A stretch of DNA of 64,000 nt from Nitrospira sp. Its GTDB lineage: Bacteria > Nitrospirota > Nitrospiria > Nitrospirales > Nitrospiraceae. Every line of letters begins with the position of its first letter. The first letter of the stretch is position 1. Shown here one piece after another: positions 18,016 to 27,778 of the stretch. Where the stretch lies: positions 2,163 to 66,162 of the forward strand of contig JABFSU010000084.1 in the NCBI GenBank assembly GCA_013140455.1, in the 5' to 3' direction. The notes under the pieces are model-generated. The model was not told where the DNA came from, did not search any database, and saw nothing but the letters and a program-made list of their open reading frames with translations. The translations under genes and the position numbers were made by a program.

Positions 18016-18582
18016 ATGTCCAGCGAGCATTCGTCCCCGTCTCATACGCCTGTAACGGCACAACGAACCGCCGTGGCCCGAATCGAACATGTGTTTGAAA
18101 GCGTCGTGTTTGCCAGCCGCTGGATTCAAGCGCCTCTGTATGGAGGGCTCATCGTCGCGGAGCTGCTCTACGCCTACAAGTTTTTGATCGAGCTCTGGGA
18201 GATGGTCAGGCACATCAACCAGCAGGAAGAGACCATCTTCATGCTGGGCGTGCTGGGGTTGATCGATGTCACCATGGTCGCCAATCTGTTGACCATGGTC
18301 ATCATCGGCGGCTACGCCACGTTCGTCAGCAAGTTGGATCTGGAAGAGCATCCGGATCGGCCAGACTGGCTCACCCACATCGACCCCGGGACGATCAAGA
18401 TCAAGCTGGCGGCCTCGCTCATTGGTATTTCCAGCATTCATCTCTTGAAATCCTTCGTCAATATTCACAATGAAAACTATGAAGACATCAAGTGGAAGAT
18501 CTTCATCCACATCACCTTCCTCGGCTCCGCCATCCTCCTGGCCTGGACGGACAAGATCATGCAGAAAGATAAAAAGCACTGA
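18016..18582 (+). CDS. UPF0114/YqhA-family inner-membrane protein
   Basis: IEHVFESVVFASRWIQAPLYGGLIVAELLYAYKFLIELWEM and several hydrophobic helices match my recollection of the YqhA/TIGR00645 family. Confidence 0.65.
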   Translation: MSSEHSSPSHTPVTAQRTAVARIEHVFESVVFASRWIQAPLYGGLIVAELLYAYKFLIELWEMVRHINQQEETIFMLGVLGLIDVTMVANLLTMVIIGGYATFVSKLDLEEHPDRPDWLTHIDPGTIKIKLAASLIGISSIHLLKSFVNIHNENYEDIKWKIFIHITFLGSAILLAWTDKIMQKDKKH

Positions 18583-18782
18583 TCCGGTATCGAAACCCAT
18601 ACAGCGCCGTATCACTCTCGACCCATTGTTGAGCGCTTTATTCGATCTGCACGATCCCATCCCGGGAAACAGCTGAGTGTCCGGTCTTTCTGCCTGGACC
18701 TGTCAGGGCATGGCCCTTGCGAACCTTTCCGTCCCATATGCGGTCGTGCCCCCATTCTTATACTCTGCGATTGGAGACCATC

Positions 18783-19844
18783 ATGCGCCGCTTTGGTTTC
18801 GTCACGCTCCTGACGCTTCCGCTTCTGACCGGCTGTACATCGTCGTTCATCGATCTGCGGGAGAATCTCGATGTGCATCGGTCCTCGTTTGAAGAAAAGC
18901 TCGCGGGCGATTCAGCGAAGGAGGAACAATTCAGGGCCTGTACTCAACAGGCCCACGATGGCAGCAGCCTGCCCCTCAGCATTGCGACAGGCGTCACTCC
19001 GACAAGCACGACCGCATCGTACCTCGGGATCGGCGGCAGACTCCGAGCCCCCGTGCAAGCGTTGGTTGAACGGATTCACGGGCGGGTCGGAAACAATGCC
19101 ACGTCCTTCAGCGTCCTCTCCGACATGGTGGACGATTTCGCCGATCCTTCGCGTCGCCGGTTGGATCTGGACAAGCTCCGCCTGCTCACCGACGCCATCC
19201 GCCATTGGCATGTCCACCTCGATTTCGATGAAGATGCGTTGGCGCGAGACACCTCGCTCTTTGCTCAACTCCTCCTCGCATACAACCGGGCCTACTTCGG
19301 CGACGTGCGATATGCCATCGCCCCCAACACCACCTCAGGAACGGTGCGCGGGATCGTCCAAGTCACCTCGCGGGGCTTTGTAGACCGCAGTGGAGCCACC
19401 GTTCGATTTCCCGGCCTCTCCGCCGCCGCTCAAGTCGACGCGACTCGCGCCATCGAACTCGCCGCTACGTTCATCGACTCCAGGCGGGTGAGTGCCGACC
19501 TCACCCGCGTCTTTCTCGAAGCCTTCTTCGATGCCGCGTTCCGTGTTCCCGCCGTGCCACAGGCAACGGCCCTCCATCTGCCGACGGCGGCCTCCTCCTA
19601 TCCGACTTTCGATTTGTCTCACCCGCCCATTTCGCTTGAAGCTCTGGCCACAGTAACGCGCCAGGCGCTCAGAACTGAAGCCATCGTCACATCGCTGGCA
19701 GGGAAAGCCGTGCGCGGCGGGGGGCTGTTCGGCACGAACAACGAAACCGTCGCCGCCACGCTTGAAACAGCCGCGGGAGTTTTTGCAAAGAAACTCGTCG
19801 AGCACGAAGGCTTCTGCTATTTTCAAGTCACACAGCATCCCTAA
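18783..19844 (+). CDS. Lipoprotein of unknown function
   Basis: ATG 18783 follows GGAG. The signal peptide and lipobox read MRRFGFVTLLTLPLLTGC. I recognise no domain. Confidence 0.6.
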   Translation: MRRFGFVTLLTLPLLTGCTSSFIDLRENLDVHRSSFEEKLAGDSAKEEQFRACTQQAHDGSSLPLSIATGVTPTSTTASYLGIGGRLRAPVQALVERIHGRVGNNATSFSVLSDMVDDFADPSRRRLDLDKLRLLTDAIRHWHVHLDFDEDALARDTSLFAQLLLAYNRAYFGDVRYAIAPNTTSGTVRGIVQVTSRGFVDRSGATVRFPGLSAAAQVDATRAIELAATFIDSRRVSADLTRVFLEAFFDAAFRVPAVPQATALHLPTAASSYPTFDLSHPPISLEALATVTRQALRTEAIVTSLAGKAVRGGGLFGTNNETVAATLETAAGVFAKKLVEHEGFCYFQVTQHP

Positions 19845-19885
19845 TCGCTCAAGATCAGCGCATGTGACGAACTCACGAGGACGCA

Positions 19886-21325
19886 ATGACACGCATACTC
19901 TCATTCAGCTTGAGCCTCGGATGCCTTCTCGCTCTCAGCGGCTGTTTCGCCAAGATCCACCAACTCCCCGCTCATACCGAACAACACCAGCCGGTCTTTG
20001 CCTCGTTGCCCGATCGGGACACACTGGTCGGCTTGGCGGTCTCCGGGGGCGGGAGTCGCGCCGCAACCTTCGCGGCCGGCACGCTGGAGGCCCTGGCGAA
20101 TGTCCGCTTCATGGAGGGCGGACAGGAACGTAGCGTCCTGCAAGCGGTCACCCATATGTCGAGCGTCTCGGGCGGGAGTCTGGCGACGGCCTACTACGCC
20201 GTGAAGAAACCGGCAAAGACGGAACCCGTGTTTGCCGGCCAACAACTGTCTCCCGCCTATCGGCAGTTTTTCGGCCGCTTCAAAGATGACATGCAGAAGA
20301 ACTTTCAGATCCGCGCGCTCGGACGCCAGGTGCTGAACTTCCGGGTGGCCAACCCCACCAAATTCGCTCACTCGTTCGCCGACGTCTGGGATGCCAATTT
20401 TTTTGACGAGATCACCTTTGCCGGATTGTATGAGCGAACCAGTCGAGGGGATGCCCCGCAGATCATGCTAAACGGCACGATGTACAACTCAGGCCGGCGG
20501 TTAGTGCTGACCACGCTGGCCCCGGCGGACTTTGCCTACGATTTCACCGCAGAGTTGCGCGCCAAGCTGATCGCCAAGGGCCTCCAATTCACCCCGGAAG
20601 GCAAGGCCAGCTTCGACCGAAGCGTGGATCGAGCCAAGAACCAGTTCCTGCCGCTGACGATGGAAGACATCGGCGGTGATCACCGCCCGCTGCCGGTGTC
20701 GCTCGCCGTGGCCACCTCCGCGTCTTTTCCTCCGGTCGTCGGACCGGTCACCTATCAGACAGTCGGCTCAACCTCCTACACACATGTCGGCGACGGCGGC
20801 CTCTTCGACAACCTCGGCACGGAATCTCTGACCACCCTGTTTCTCAACAAATTAAACCCGGCTCACCCCAAGGCGAAACGCGGCCTGGTCATTGTCATCG
20901 ATGCCTCCTATCCGTTCGACGAAGGAGCTGCCGATCTCGACGACAGTGAAAAAGGGTTTGAAGTATTTATCGACGATCCTTCCAGGATTGTCGGCATCAT
21001 GGAAGAACGGGCCAACGCCTATCAGGCGATGCTCTGGCACAGTCTCAGGACAGAAGGGGTCCTCCTCCCGGATTACAATCAGCTGAAACTCATCATCCTT
21101 CGGCATACCGACGCCGAATGGACTCAACACGATCCGATCCCGGCCGGATGCCCATCCGGCCTGACCCCGGCTGACGTCAAACGGATTCTTCGGCAGATTC
21201 CGACTCTCTTCAAGATCGACGAAGATTGCCACGCGCCGCTGTTGATTGCTGCAGCCAAGAAAGTCGTGGACAAACAGCAGGACCGGATCGTGAAATTCCT
21301 CGAACAGTCCGCCACAATCCAATGA
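19886..21325 (+). CDS. Patatin-like phospholipase, predicted lipoprotein
   Basis: It has the lipobox LALSGC, the oxyanion motif SGGGSRAA, the nucleophile elbow SSVSGGSL (GxSxG) and the catalytic Asp motif VGDGGLFDNLG. Confidence 0.8.
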   Translation: MTRILSFSLSLGCLLALSGCFAKIHQLPAHTEQHQPVFASLPDRDTLVGLAVSGGGSRAATFAAGTLEALANVRFMEGGQERSVLQAVTHMSSVSGGSLATAYYAVKKPAKTEPVFAGQQLSPAYRQFFGRFKDDMQKNFQIRALGRQVLNFRVANPTKFAHSFADVWDANFFDEITFAGLYERTSRGDAPQIMLNGTMYNSGRRLVLTTLAPADFAYDFTAELRAKLIAKGLQFTPEGKASFDRSVDRAKNQFLPLTMEDIGGDHRPLPVSLAVATSASFPPVVGPVTYQTVGSTSYTHVGDGGLFDNLGTESLTTLFLNKLNPAHPKAKRGLVIVIDASYPFDEGAADLDDSEKGFEVFIDDPSRIVGIMEERANAYQAMLWHSLRTEGVLLPDYNQLKLIILRHTDAEWTQHDPIPAGCPSGLTPADVKRILRQIPTLFKIDEDCHAPLLIAAAKKVVDKQQDRIVKFLEQSATIQ

Positions 21326-21344
21326 GCCAGCCGGAGGGCCTGCC

Positions 21345-23348
21345 ATGACATGGTCGTGGGAAACGGTGCAACGAATCCTCGCCGTCCTACACCCTGCATG
21401 GTTCGCAGCACTGGTGATTCTCGGGACAAGCTTGACCTTCCAAGCGCCTCAAACGCTGGATGTCATGGACGCCGTCGCGATTGAGCACGGCGCACTCTCT
21501 CCGCAACATGTCGCGCTCGCCATGTTCCTGCTGATTCTCGCGGTCAGCGGCTGGTATTTCCCGCGCGCTTTGCTGTCCGTGAAATACTGGAACACCCCGG
21601 AACCCGAACATGACCGCGAGCACCAGCACTTTGAGCGATGGCGCCGCTACGTGCCTCGCGGACTGGGGACCGCCCCCATTGCCTCCGTGTCCGTTGCGTT
21701 CTTCCGGGTCGGAAACCCCAGCTACGGACTCTTCTACCTGGCGCTGGCCGCGGCCTTCTTGGCAAGTGTCATCCTGCGCCGGCGGCGGTTTCTGGCTGAA
21801 AAGACCATCGTCGTGTCCGAGCCCACACTTTCGACGGCCACGTTCAGAAGTCTGCTGGCACTGCTGCTATTATCCTTCGTCATCTTCTGGGTCTTCGTCC
21901 TGGCGCCGATCGAAGCGCCGACGCTCCTCGGGTCGGCGGCGATCCTCGTGTATGCCGCCGCCGCCTGGATCGCGTTCGGATGCCTGGTCCTGATCCATCC
22001 CACGTACCGCTACCGGCTGCCGTCGCTCTTCCTGATCATGATCGCGCTCTCCGGCCTGTTCGGCCTATGGAACGACAACCACGCCATCCGCCAGGCCGCC
22101 GCAGAATCAGATCCCTGGATTCGGCAATCGATCGACGACCATCTCGACGCCTGGCTCGATGCCAGACAGGCACAATGGAGAGCCTCAACCAGCGCCTACC
22201 CGGTCTATATTGCGTCCGCAGAAGGTGGTGGAATTCGCGCCGGCTATTGGACCGCTTCCGTCCTGGGCAAACTGGAGGATACGCATCCCGGCTTTGCCTG
22301 CCATCTATTGGCCATCAGCGGGGTCTCAGGGGGAAGCTTGGGAGGGGGAGTCTTCTCCGCTCTGATTGCCGACCGTATTCAGCATAATGGCTACGAGTGT
22401 GCGGAGGCCCCTCATACAACACGCGCGCCGTTTCTGCCTCTGATCAGGCAGATGCTCGGACAGGACTTTCTCGCGCCGACGCTGGCGGGCTTGTTCTTTC
22501 CCGATCTGGTTCAACGACTGGCCCCGCTCTCTGGAGCCTGGGCCTTCCCTGACCGCGCTTCCTACCTTGAGCGGTCTTGGGAACAGGCCTGGGCTGAGAC
22601 AACCGGGACCGATCGATTCCATGAAAGCTTCCGACGGCTCTGGGAAGGGGCACAGGCCCGCTATGCGGTTCCATCTCTCTTTTTGAACGCCACCTGGGTC
22701 GATTCCGGCGATCGGACCATTGCCAGCAACATCGCACTCGATCCAATCCGCTTTGCCCGCGCCGACGATCTCGTCGCTTTTTCGTCTGTCCCCATCCCGA
22801 CCAGTGCCGCCATCCATACCAGCGCCCGATTCACCTACGTCAGCCCGCCGGGCACGGTTCAAGGGATGACGCGGGTGAGGCAGGTCGTCGACGGAGGGTA
22901 CTTCGAGAACTCCGGCACTCTCACCGCCGGTGAAATCGCGCGCGCGCTAGTCACGGCGCGAGACCGCTACTGTATCCGGCAGCCTCAACCGGAAGCGGCC
23001 CGCTGCATCACCCCACCGATCGAACCCGTGCTGCTCATCCTCAGCAACGACCCCAAGAATCCTAACAACGAATCGGCAAAGGGAACCCTTCCTCCATCAA
23101 GCGGCGGCCGTTTTCTCACGGAAACGCTGGCTCCCTGGCAGACCCTCTTCAATACCCGTAGCGCGCGCGGTTACGGATCTGAACATGCGGTCGCCCGCGA
23201 GTTCACGACCGTCCGATTCGCGCTGGGGGACTACAAACATGCGGACGTACCGCTGGGATGGATGCTGTCACGGGAGACGAGGATGCTGATCGATGAGCAA
23301 ATCGACCAGTTGAGAGGGCTGACCGAGCTGGCGCACGAAGGGCACTGA
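21345..23348 (+). CDS. Integral-membrane patatin-like phospholipase
   Basis: The roughly 270-aa N-terminal region has multiple hydrophobic helices. It is followed by AEGGGIRAGYW, ISGVSGGSLGG and VVDGGYFENSG. Confidence 0.8.
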   Translation: MTWSWETVQRILAVLHPAWFAALVILGTSLTFQAPQTLDVMDAVAIEHGALSPQHVALAMFLLILAVSGWYFPRALLSVKYWNTPEPEHDREHQHFERWRRYVPRGLGTAPIASVSVAFFRVGNPSYGLFYLALAAAFLASVILRRRRFLAEKTIVVSEPTLSTATFRSLLALLLLSFVIFWVFVLAPIEAPTLLGSAAILVYAAAAWIAFGCLVLIHPTYRYRLPSLFLIMIALSGLFGLWNDNHAIRQAAAESDPWIRQSIDDHLDAWLDARQAQWRASTSAYPVYIASAEGGGIRAGYWTASVLGKLEDTHPGFACHLLAISGVSGGSLGGGVFSALIADRIQHNGYECAEAPHTTRAPFLPLIRQMLGQDFLAPTLAGLFFPDLVQRLAPLSGAWAFPDRASYLERSWEQAWAETTGTDRFHESFRRLWEGAQARYAVPSLFLNATWVDSGDRTIASNIALDPIRFARADDLVAFSSVPIPTSAAIHTSARFTYVSPPGTVQGMTRVRQVVDGGYFENSGTLTAGEIARALVTARDRYCIRQPQPEAARCITPPIEPVLLILSNDPKNPNNESAKGTLPPSSGGRFLTETLAPWQTLFNTRSARGYGSEHAVAREFTTVRFALGDYKHADVPLGWMLSRETRMLIDEQIDQLRGLTELAHEGH

Positions 23349-23411
23349 TGGGCTTGCGCCGTTTTCCCACCTATTGACAGACCACGCACGCGACACGACC
23401 TGGACGACCCA

Positions 23412-25916
23412 TTACATCCACGCAGACGTCGTCATCCCCTTTGAATCCCGCCACTGCGGGGTCCACGCAAGAGCGACGAGCTTCACCGCGATATTGGATT
23501 TGGTGGGCTTGATGGAGATGGCCTCGAGCTGTTCGTTCAATGGATCTGTCGCTGCAGCCAAGGCGTCGCTCTCGGTTTTGAACTGCGCTTCGAGATCGGC
23601 CAGCTGTTGCTGCAACACCGCCACGTTTTCTTCGGCGTGACCAACTTCCTGGGATTCCTTCATGACGCGGCCGGCGCTCTTGATCGCCGTCGTCGCGCGC
23701 CCGATGTTCGTGGCACTGATGGTCTTCCGGCCGAGAAATGCGCCAAGAATCGAAGCTCCCACTGAAATCGCCGCCTGCACCTGACTGGAACGGGACTCCG
23801 CCTGCTGCTTGGCCTTCATCTGTTCGGCTCGCCGGATGCGATCCTGCAGCGCGGTGATCTTGGGCGCGTACTTCCGGCGCAACGACTCGACCGCCTTGTC
23901 CCGCAACTCGCGGCCGGACTGTTGGAGCCGCACGCGGAAATCCCGTTCGGACTCGCCCGGCTTGGACACGTCTTTTGTCGTCGGGCTTTTCAACAACTCG
24001 AGTTTCTGGGTCCTGAACAGCCAGCCGCCGAAGTCTTTATTCCAGTCGGCATAACTCTTGGCCTTGCTCGCACTGGCTGGAAGCGGAAGGAACTGCGCAC
24101 CACTCTCCGGCGACTGCTCCAAATCCGCGACAGCGAGATCGGCAGCAGCGGCATGATCCCAATCGACCGGCACGGCGCCGTCGGTCATGGGCGCCAACAC
24201 CGTCACATCCTGCATCTGATCGATGCCGCTTTTCGTCTCGGAGAAACGAATCTGGGCCGACCCCAGCAGCATGGGGGCATACAGGAATTCACTGCCCTCC
24301 GGCTTGGAACCGCGCAGCGGCACAAACTGCTGCGGCACGTCTGGCGGGACGATGGGACGAGAGGCGGAAGGGTTGAGGTGTGAGATGTGAGGTGTGAGCC
24401 CGGAAGTCCCTGCCTCCAACCTCCCCCCTCCAGCCTCTGTCCGTCTTCGCGGATCCATCAGCTGCTTGATCTGCGTTCTCGTCAGAGGTCCGCGCAAGTA
24501 GGACAGGCACCAGCGGGTTTCGAATACGACCGGCTCATCCTCATGGACGTTGTTCATCAGGAAGATGCGGTTGCCCAGGCCGGCCAGCGTCTGTTCCATG
24601 CGCCCCTTGTCGAACTTCTTCCCCGCGCTGGAGGAGGCGCCTTCCAGCCCTTCCAACACCCGCGCCTTGTCGCGCTCCGTCTGCAACCGTCCGATGAACC
24701 AGGTACCGGTATTGGCCAGCCCCTTGTAGTCCAGATCGACGGGATTCTGCGTCGCCAGCACCACGCCCAGTCCGAAGGCGCGGGCCTGCTTGAGCAGGGT
24801 CATCAGCGGCAGCTTCGACGGCGGATTCGCCACCGGCGGGAAATAGCCGAAGATTTCATCCATATAGAGGAGCGCGCGCAGACTCGTCGTGCCCGATTGC
24901 GCCCGCATCCATCCCACCATCTGACTCAATAAGAGCGTCACGAAGAACATGCGCTCGGCGTCGTTCAGATGAGCGATGGAAAAAATCGCCAGGCGCGGCT
25001 TGCCCTCCGGCGTATAGAGGAGCGACTGAATGTCGAGGGCCTCGCCTTCAAGCCAGGATTGGAAGCCGGGCGCGGCGAGCAGATTATTCAATTTCATCGC
25101 CAGCGTGAAACGGTCTTTCGACGGGAAGAATGAGTCCACGTCCATCACGCCGATCTTCGTGACCGGCGGAGTTTGAATCGCGTGGATCAGCGAGGCGAGA
25201 TCCAGATCTTCCTCCTTCCTCCAGGTGCGATCCAGAATCGTCGAGAGCAGAATGTGTTCGCGGCTCTGGATCGGATCGGCTTCGATCCCGAGCAAGCCGA
25301 GCAGACTGGTCACGGTGGTGCTGATCCGTTCGCGGAAGAGTTCGGCATCTTCGCGCACGTCAGCGGCCGGCGCGGCAAAAGACTTCAGAATGGAGACCGG
25401 AAGCCCTGCGTTGCTCCCCGGCGTATAGATGGCGACGTCGGCCGCATCACGCAGCCGCTGAATGCGCGCGCCGTCCTGCTGCCAGCCGGCCAGCCCTTTG
25501 ATCCAAAGCTCGGCCTGTGCTTTGGCGAAGTCGGCCGGCGACAATCCCTTCTTGCGCGCGTCGTCCTCATTGATCCAGGGCTGAAAGTCTTCGCCTTTGA
25601 GGCCGGGGAATGTGAGCATCAGATTGCCCAGGTCGCCCTTGGGGTCGATGATGATGGCAGGAATGTTATCGATGGCCGCTTCTTCCAGTAGCGAGAGACA
25701 GAGGCCGGTCTTTCCGCTGCCGGTCATGCCGACGCAGACCGCGTGAGTCACCAGATCTTTCGAATCGTAGAGCAACCAGCCCGGCTTCGCTTGCTTCGCC
25801 GCCATGTCGTACGGGCGGCCGAGATAGAAGACACCGAGTTTTTCAAAGTCTTCGGCAGTGCTCGACGGTTTGGCGGCAACAGCGGACTTGGCTGAATCTT
25901 TCTTCTTGGTCGCCAT
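23412..25916 (-). CDS. HerA/FtsK-like (DUF87-type) P-loop ATPase with a long C-terminal coiled-coil region
   Basis: Walker A is VCVGMTGSGKTGL and the Walker B-like motif is LLYMDEIFGYFP. VVLATQNPVDLDYK is typical of HerA/VirB4-like ATPases. The C-terminal 200 aa or so are rich in heptad-like R/K/E/Q/A sequence. The gene is monocistronic between convergent and divergent neighbours. Confidence 0.7.
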   Translation of the reverse strand: MATKKKDSAKSAVAAKPSSTAEDFEKLGVFYLGRPYDMAAKQAKPGWLLYDSKDLVTHAVCVGMTGSGKTGLCLSLLEEAAIDNIPAIIIDPKGDLGNLMLTFPGLKGEDFQPWINEDDARKKGLSPADFAKAQAELWIKGLAGWQQDGARIQRLRDAADVAIYTPGSNAGLPVSILKSFAAPAADVREDAELFRERISTTVTSLLGLLGIEADPIQSREHILLSTILDRTWRKEEDLDLASLIHAIQTPPVTKIGVMDVDSFFPSKDRFTLAMKLNNLLAAPGFQSWLEGEALDIQSLLYTPEGKPRLAIFSIAHLNDAERMFFVTLLLSQMVGWMRAQSGTTSLRALLYMDEIFGYFPPVANPPSKLPLMTLLKQARAFGLGVVLATQNPVDLDYKGLANTGTWFIGRLQTERDKARVLEGLEGASSSAGKKFDKGRMEQTLAGLGNRIFLMNNVHEDEPVVFETRWCLSYLRGPLTRTQIKQLMDPRRRTEAGGGRLEAGTSGLTPHISHLNPSASRPIVPPDVPQQFVPLRGSKPEGSEFLYAPMLLGSAQIRFSETKSGIDQMQDVTVLAPMTDGAVPVDWDHAAAADLAVADLEQSPESGAQFLPLPASASKAKSYADWNKDFGGWLFRTQKLELLKSPTTKDVSKPGESERDFRVRLQQSGRELRDKAVESLRRKYAPKITALQDRIRRAEQMKAKQQAESRSSQVQAAISVGASILGAFLGRKTISATNIGRATTAIKSAGRVMKESQEVGHAEENVAVLQQQLADLEAQFKTESDALAAATDPLNEQLEAISIKPTKSNIAVKLVALAWTPQWRDSKGMTTSAWM

Positions 25917-26027
25917 GCGAATCCTCCCGGGCGAATGTGCGCGGTCATTCTAGTAATCAGTACGCCGCACTGCAAGCGGATGCCCTGACATTATTTCCCC
26001 TTGCGTGAACCCCCGATCCCTAGCAAG

Positions 26028-26972
26028 ATGCCGCCTATGAAATTTCCCGAACTCATCCGGCTCACTCTACTTGCTACGGCCCTCCTCATGTCGCTGCCTG
26101 CTGCCGGCCATGCCGAGCCCCCGGCCCAAAGCATCCACTGGGGAGCGATCGGCTATCCCGACCACGACCGCACACTGGCGCTCGGACTCACCGTCGTCGA
26201 CCGGTTCACGGAGTTCGACGGAGCAGGCAAGCGCTACAACGACATCCGGGAAACGATGGGATTCAATTTCTTTTCGCTCAGCTGGACGGAACGGCTCGAA
26301 ACCTTGAAGGGCTGGAACGCCAATTTCACCGCCGGCGGAGGGCCGACGCGCGACGGATTCAGCCGCTTCCTGCAAAACGACGTGATTCATAAACTGCGCG
26401 GCTTCGATCCCGTTCCTGTGGGCAACAAACGGGAGACGGACGACTTCATGATCAGCAGTTCACTTACGCGCTGGATGAGCCTGTGGGGATCGGACGACGT
26501 ATTCTTTGCCGGAGTGGGGGCCGCCGGCGGATCGCTCTACTATGAGCCTTACGCCCAGGCCGGGTTCCGCCGACTGTCCCCGTTCGCCGCGGTGCCGTGG
26601 GTTTCCGACCATCTACGGATTTCCGCGATGGGCCGCGTGGGACGGCCATTCGGCGGAGCGGCATTCCGGGAAGTAGCCGCCACCTCCTGGATCGCGCAGG
26701 GCTCGGTCGGAGTCGGCAACTACGCCGACTGGGGCTGCTCCTGTCGCACTCCATGGGAAATCGAGATCGCGGCCACGATCGACTCAGGACTGTTCGTGGA
26801 TACGAAGAAAGCGTCGCTGGAAGAGCGGTTTGTCTCCGTCGCAATCCGCTATGCCGCCGTAACCTTTGAAACCTGGAACGACTTGATCAACCAGAAAGAC
26901 TACGGCCCGACCTTCGGCGCCCGCCTGACGTTCGATCTGCTGTATCTCTACGACCGCTGGTTCCTGAATTAG
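26028..26972 (+). CDS. Secreted protein of unknown function
   Basis: The signal peptide reads MPPMKFPELIRLTLLATALLMSLPAAGHA. I recognise no domain. The start could also be TTG 26001 or ATG 26037. Confidence 0.5.
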   Translation: MPPMKFPELIRLTLLATALLMSLPAAGHAEPPAQSIHWGAIGYPDHDRTLALGLTVVDRFTEFDGAGKRYNDIRETMGFNFFSLSWTERLETLKGWNANFTAGGGPTRDGFSRFLQNDVIHKLRGFDPVPVGNKRETDDFMISSSLTRWMSLWGSDDVFFAGVGAAGGSLYYEPYAQAGFRRLSPFAAVPWVSDHLRISAMGRVGRPFGGAAFREVAATSWIAQGSVGVGNYADWGCSCRTPWEIEIAATIDSGLFVDTKKASLEERFVSVAIRYAAVTFETWNDLINQKDYGPTFGARLTFDLLYLYDRWFLN

Positions 26973-27097
26973 CAGGCTGTTGAAAAAGTCCGCCAGCGGC
27001 GTTCTCGCCGCACTCAGAGGCTCACCGTACCACAAGGGTACGCCTCGCCTCTTCGATTGCTGCGGCCTTGCTGGACGGCCTTTTTGAACAGCCTGAG
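26971..27097 (-). repeat. Intergenic palindromic repeat, copy A (inverted relative to copies B and C)
   Basis: Terminal inverted arms are CAGGCTGTTGAAAAAGTCC (26973-26991) and GGCCTTTTTGAACAGCCTG (27077-27095). The apex hairpin CGTACC-ACAAG-GGTACG is at 27026-42. Read in reverse complement it carries the shared blocks CCAGCAAGGCCGCAG, GAGGCGTACCC, GGTACGGTGAG and GAGAACGCCGCTGG. It starts within the stop codon of the upstream gene. Confidence 0.8.
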
Positions 27098-27182
27098 AAT
27101 GCGGCTGAACGCAGCTGTGATGCTCCTGGCTTCCACGCTTCCACCGTGAACAAGCTGTTTGCCAAAAGCCTGTTAGCCCGCG

Positions 27183-27512
27183 TTACCACTCTTTGAAGAT
27201 CAAAAAGACTGCCCCGATCATCAGGCCGAACCCGGCCAGATAATTCCACTTGAGCGGCTCTTTGAGATAGAGGACCGAGAACACACAGAACACCACAAGG
27301 GTGATGACTTCCTGAATGGTCTTCAACTGCGCCGCCGTGAATTCATAGTGGCCGATGCGATTCGCCGGCACTTGAAAACAATACTCGAAGAACGCAATCC
27401 CCCAACTCGCCACGATCACGATCCACAAAGGCGAATCCTTGTACTTCAAATGCCCGTACCAGGCAAAGGTCATGAAGATGTTGGAGATGGTGAGCAATAG
27501 GATTGTGTGCAT
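27183..27512 (-). CDS. Small DMT-superfamily membrane protein (DUF486-like)
   Basis: ATG 27512 follows GAGGGA. The protein is 109 aa with four hydrophobic helices: MHTILLLTISNIFMTFAWYGHLKY...PLKWNYLAGFGLMIGAVFLIF. The ORF-track start at 27599 is an extension. Confidence 0.65.
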   Translation of the reverse strand: MHTILLLTISNIFMTFAWYGHLKYKDSPLWIVIVASWGIAFFEYCFQVPANRIGHYEFTAAQLKTIQEVITLVVFCVFSVLYLKEPLKWNYLAGFGLMIGAVFLIFKEW

Positions 27513-27778
27513 GAATTCCCTCTTCTCTTCTTGCTGGGTGGGAGGTCGGAGCTTTCGGGAGTCGGCATGGCAACGCAGCCAGATGACAGCCGAGAACATA
27601 CCGCCGTGCGACGGCCTGCGATTCTTATCGCGCTTTAGAGTCGCACGCGGAGAGTACGGAGCCAGAAGCAGCCTCCACTCATCGCATCATGGCGACTTCC
27701 GAACCTCCGCCCTTCCACCCCTGCTCCCCTCTCGCTTCCTAACAGGGCCAGACACCACCGGACGGCGAAGCCAGTCCC

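Noticed and set aside
27098-27182. A possible second degenerate repeat unit right after copy A (GTGAACAAGCTGTTTGCCAAAAGCCTGTT)
   Set aside because: It shares only short A/T-rich arm-like words and lacks the conserved core blocks.
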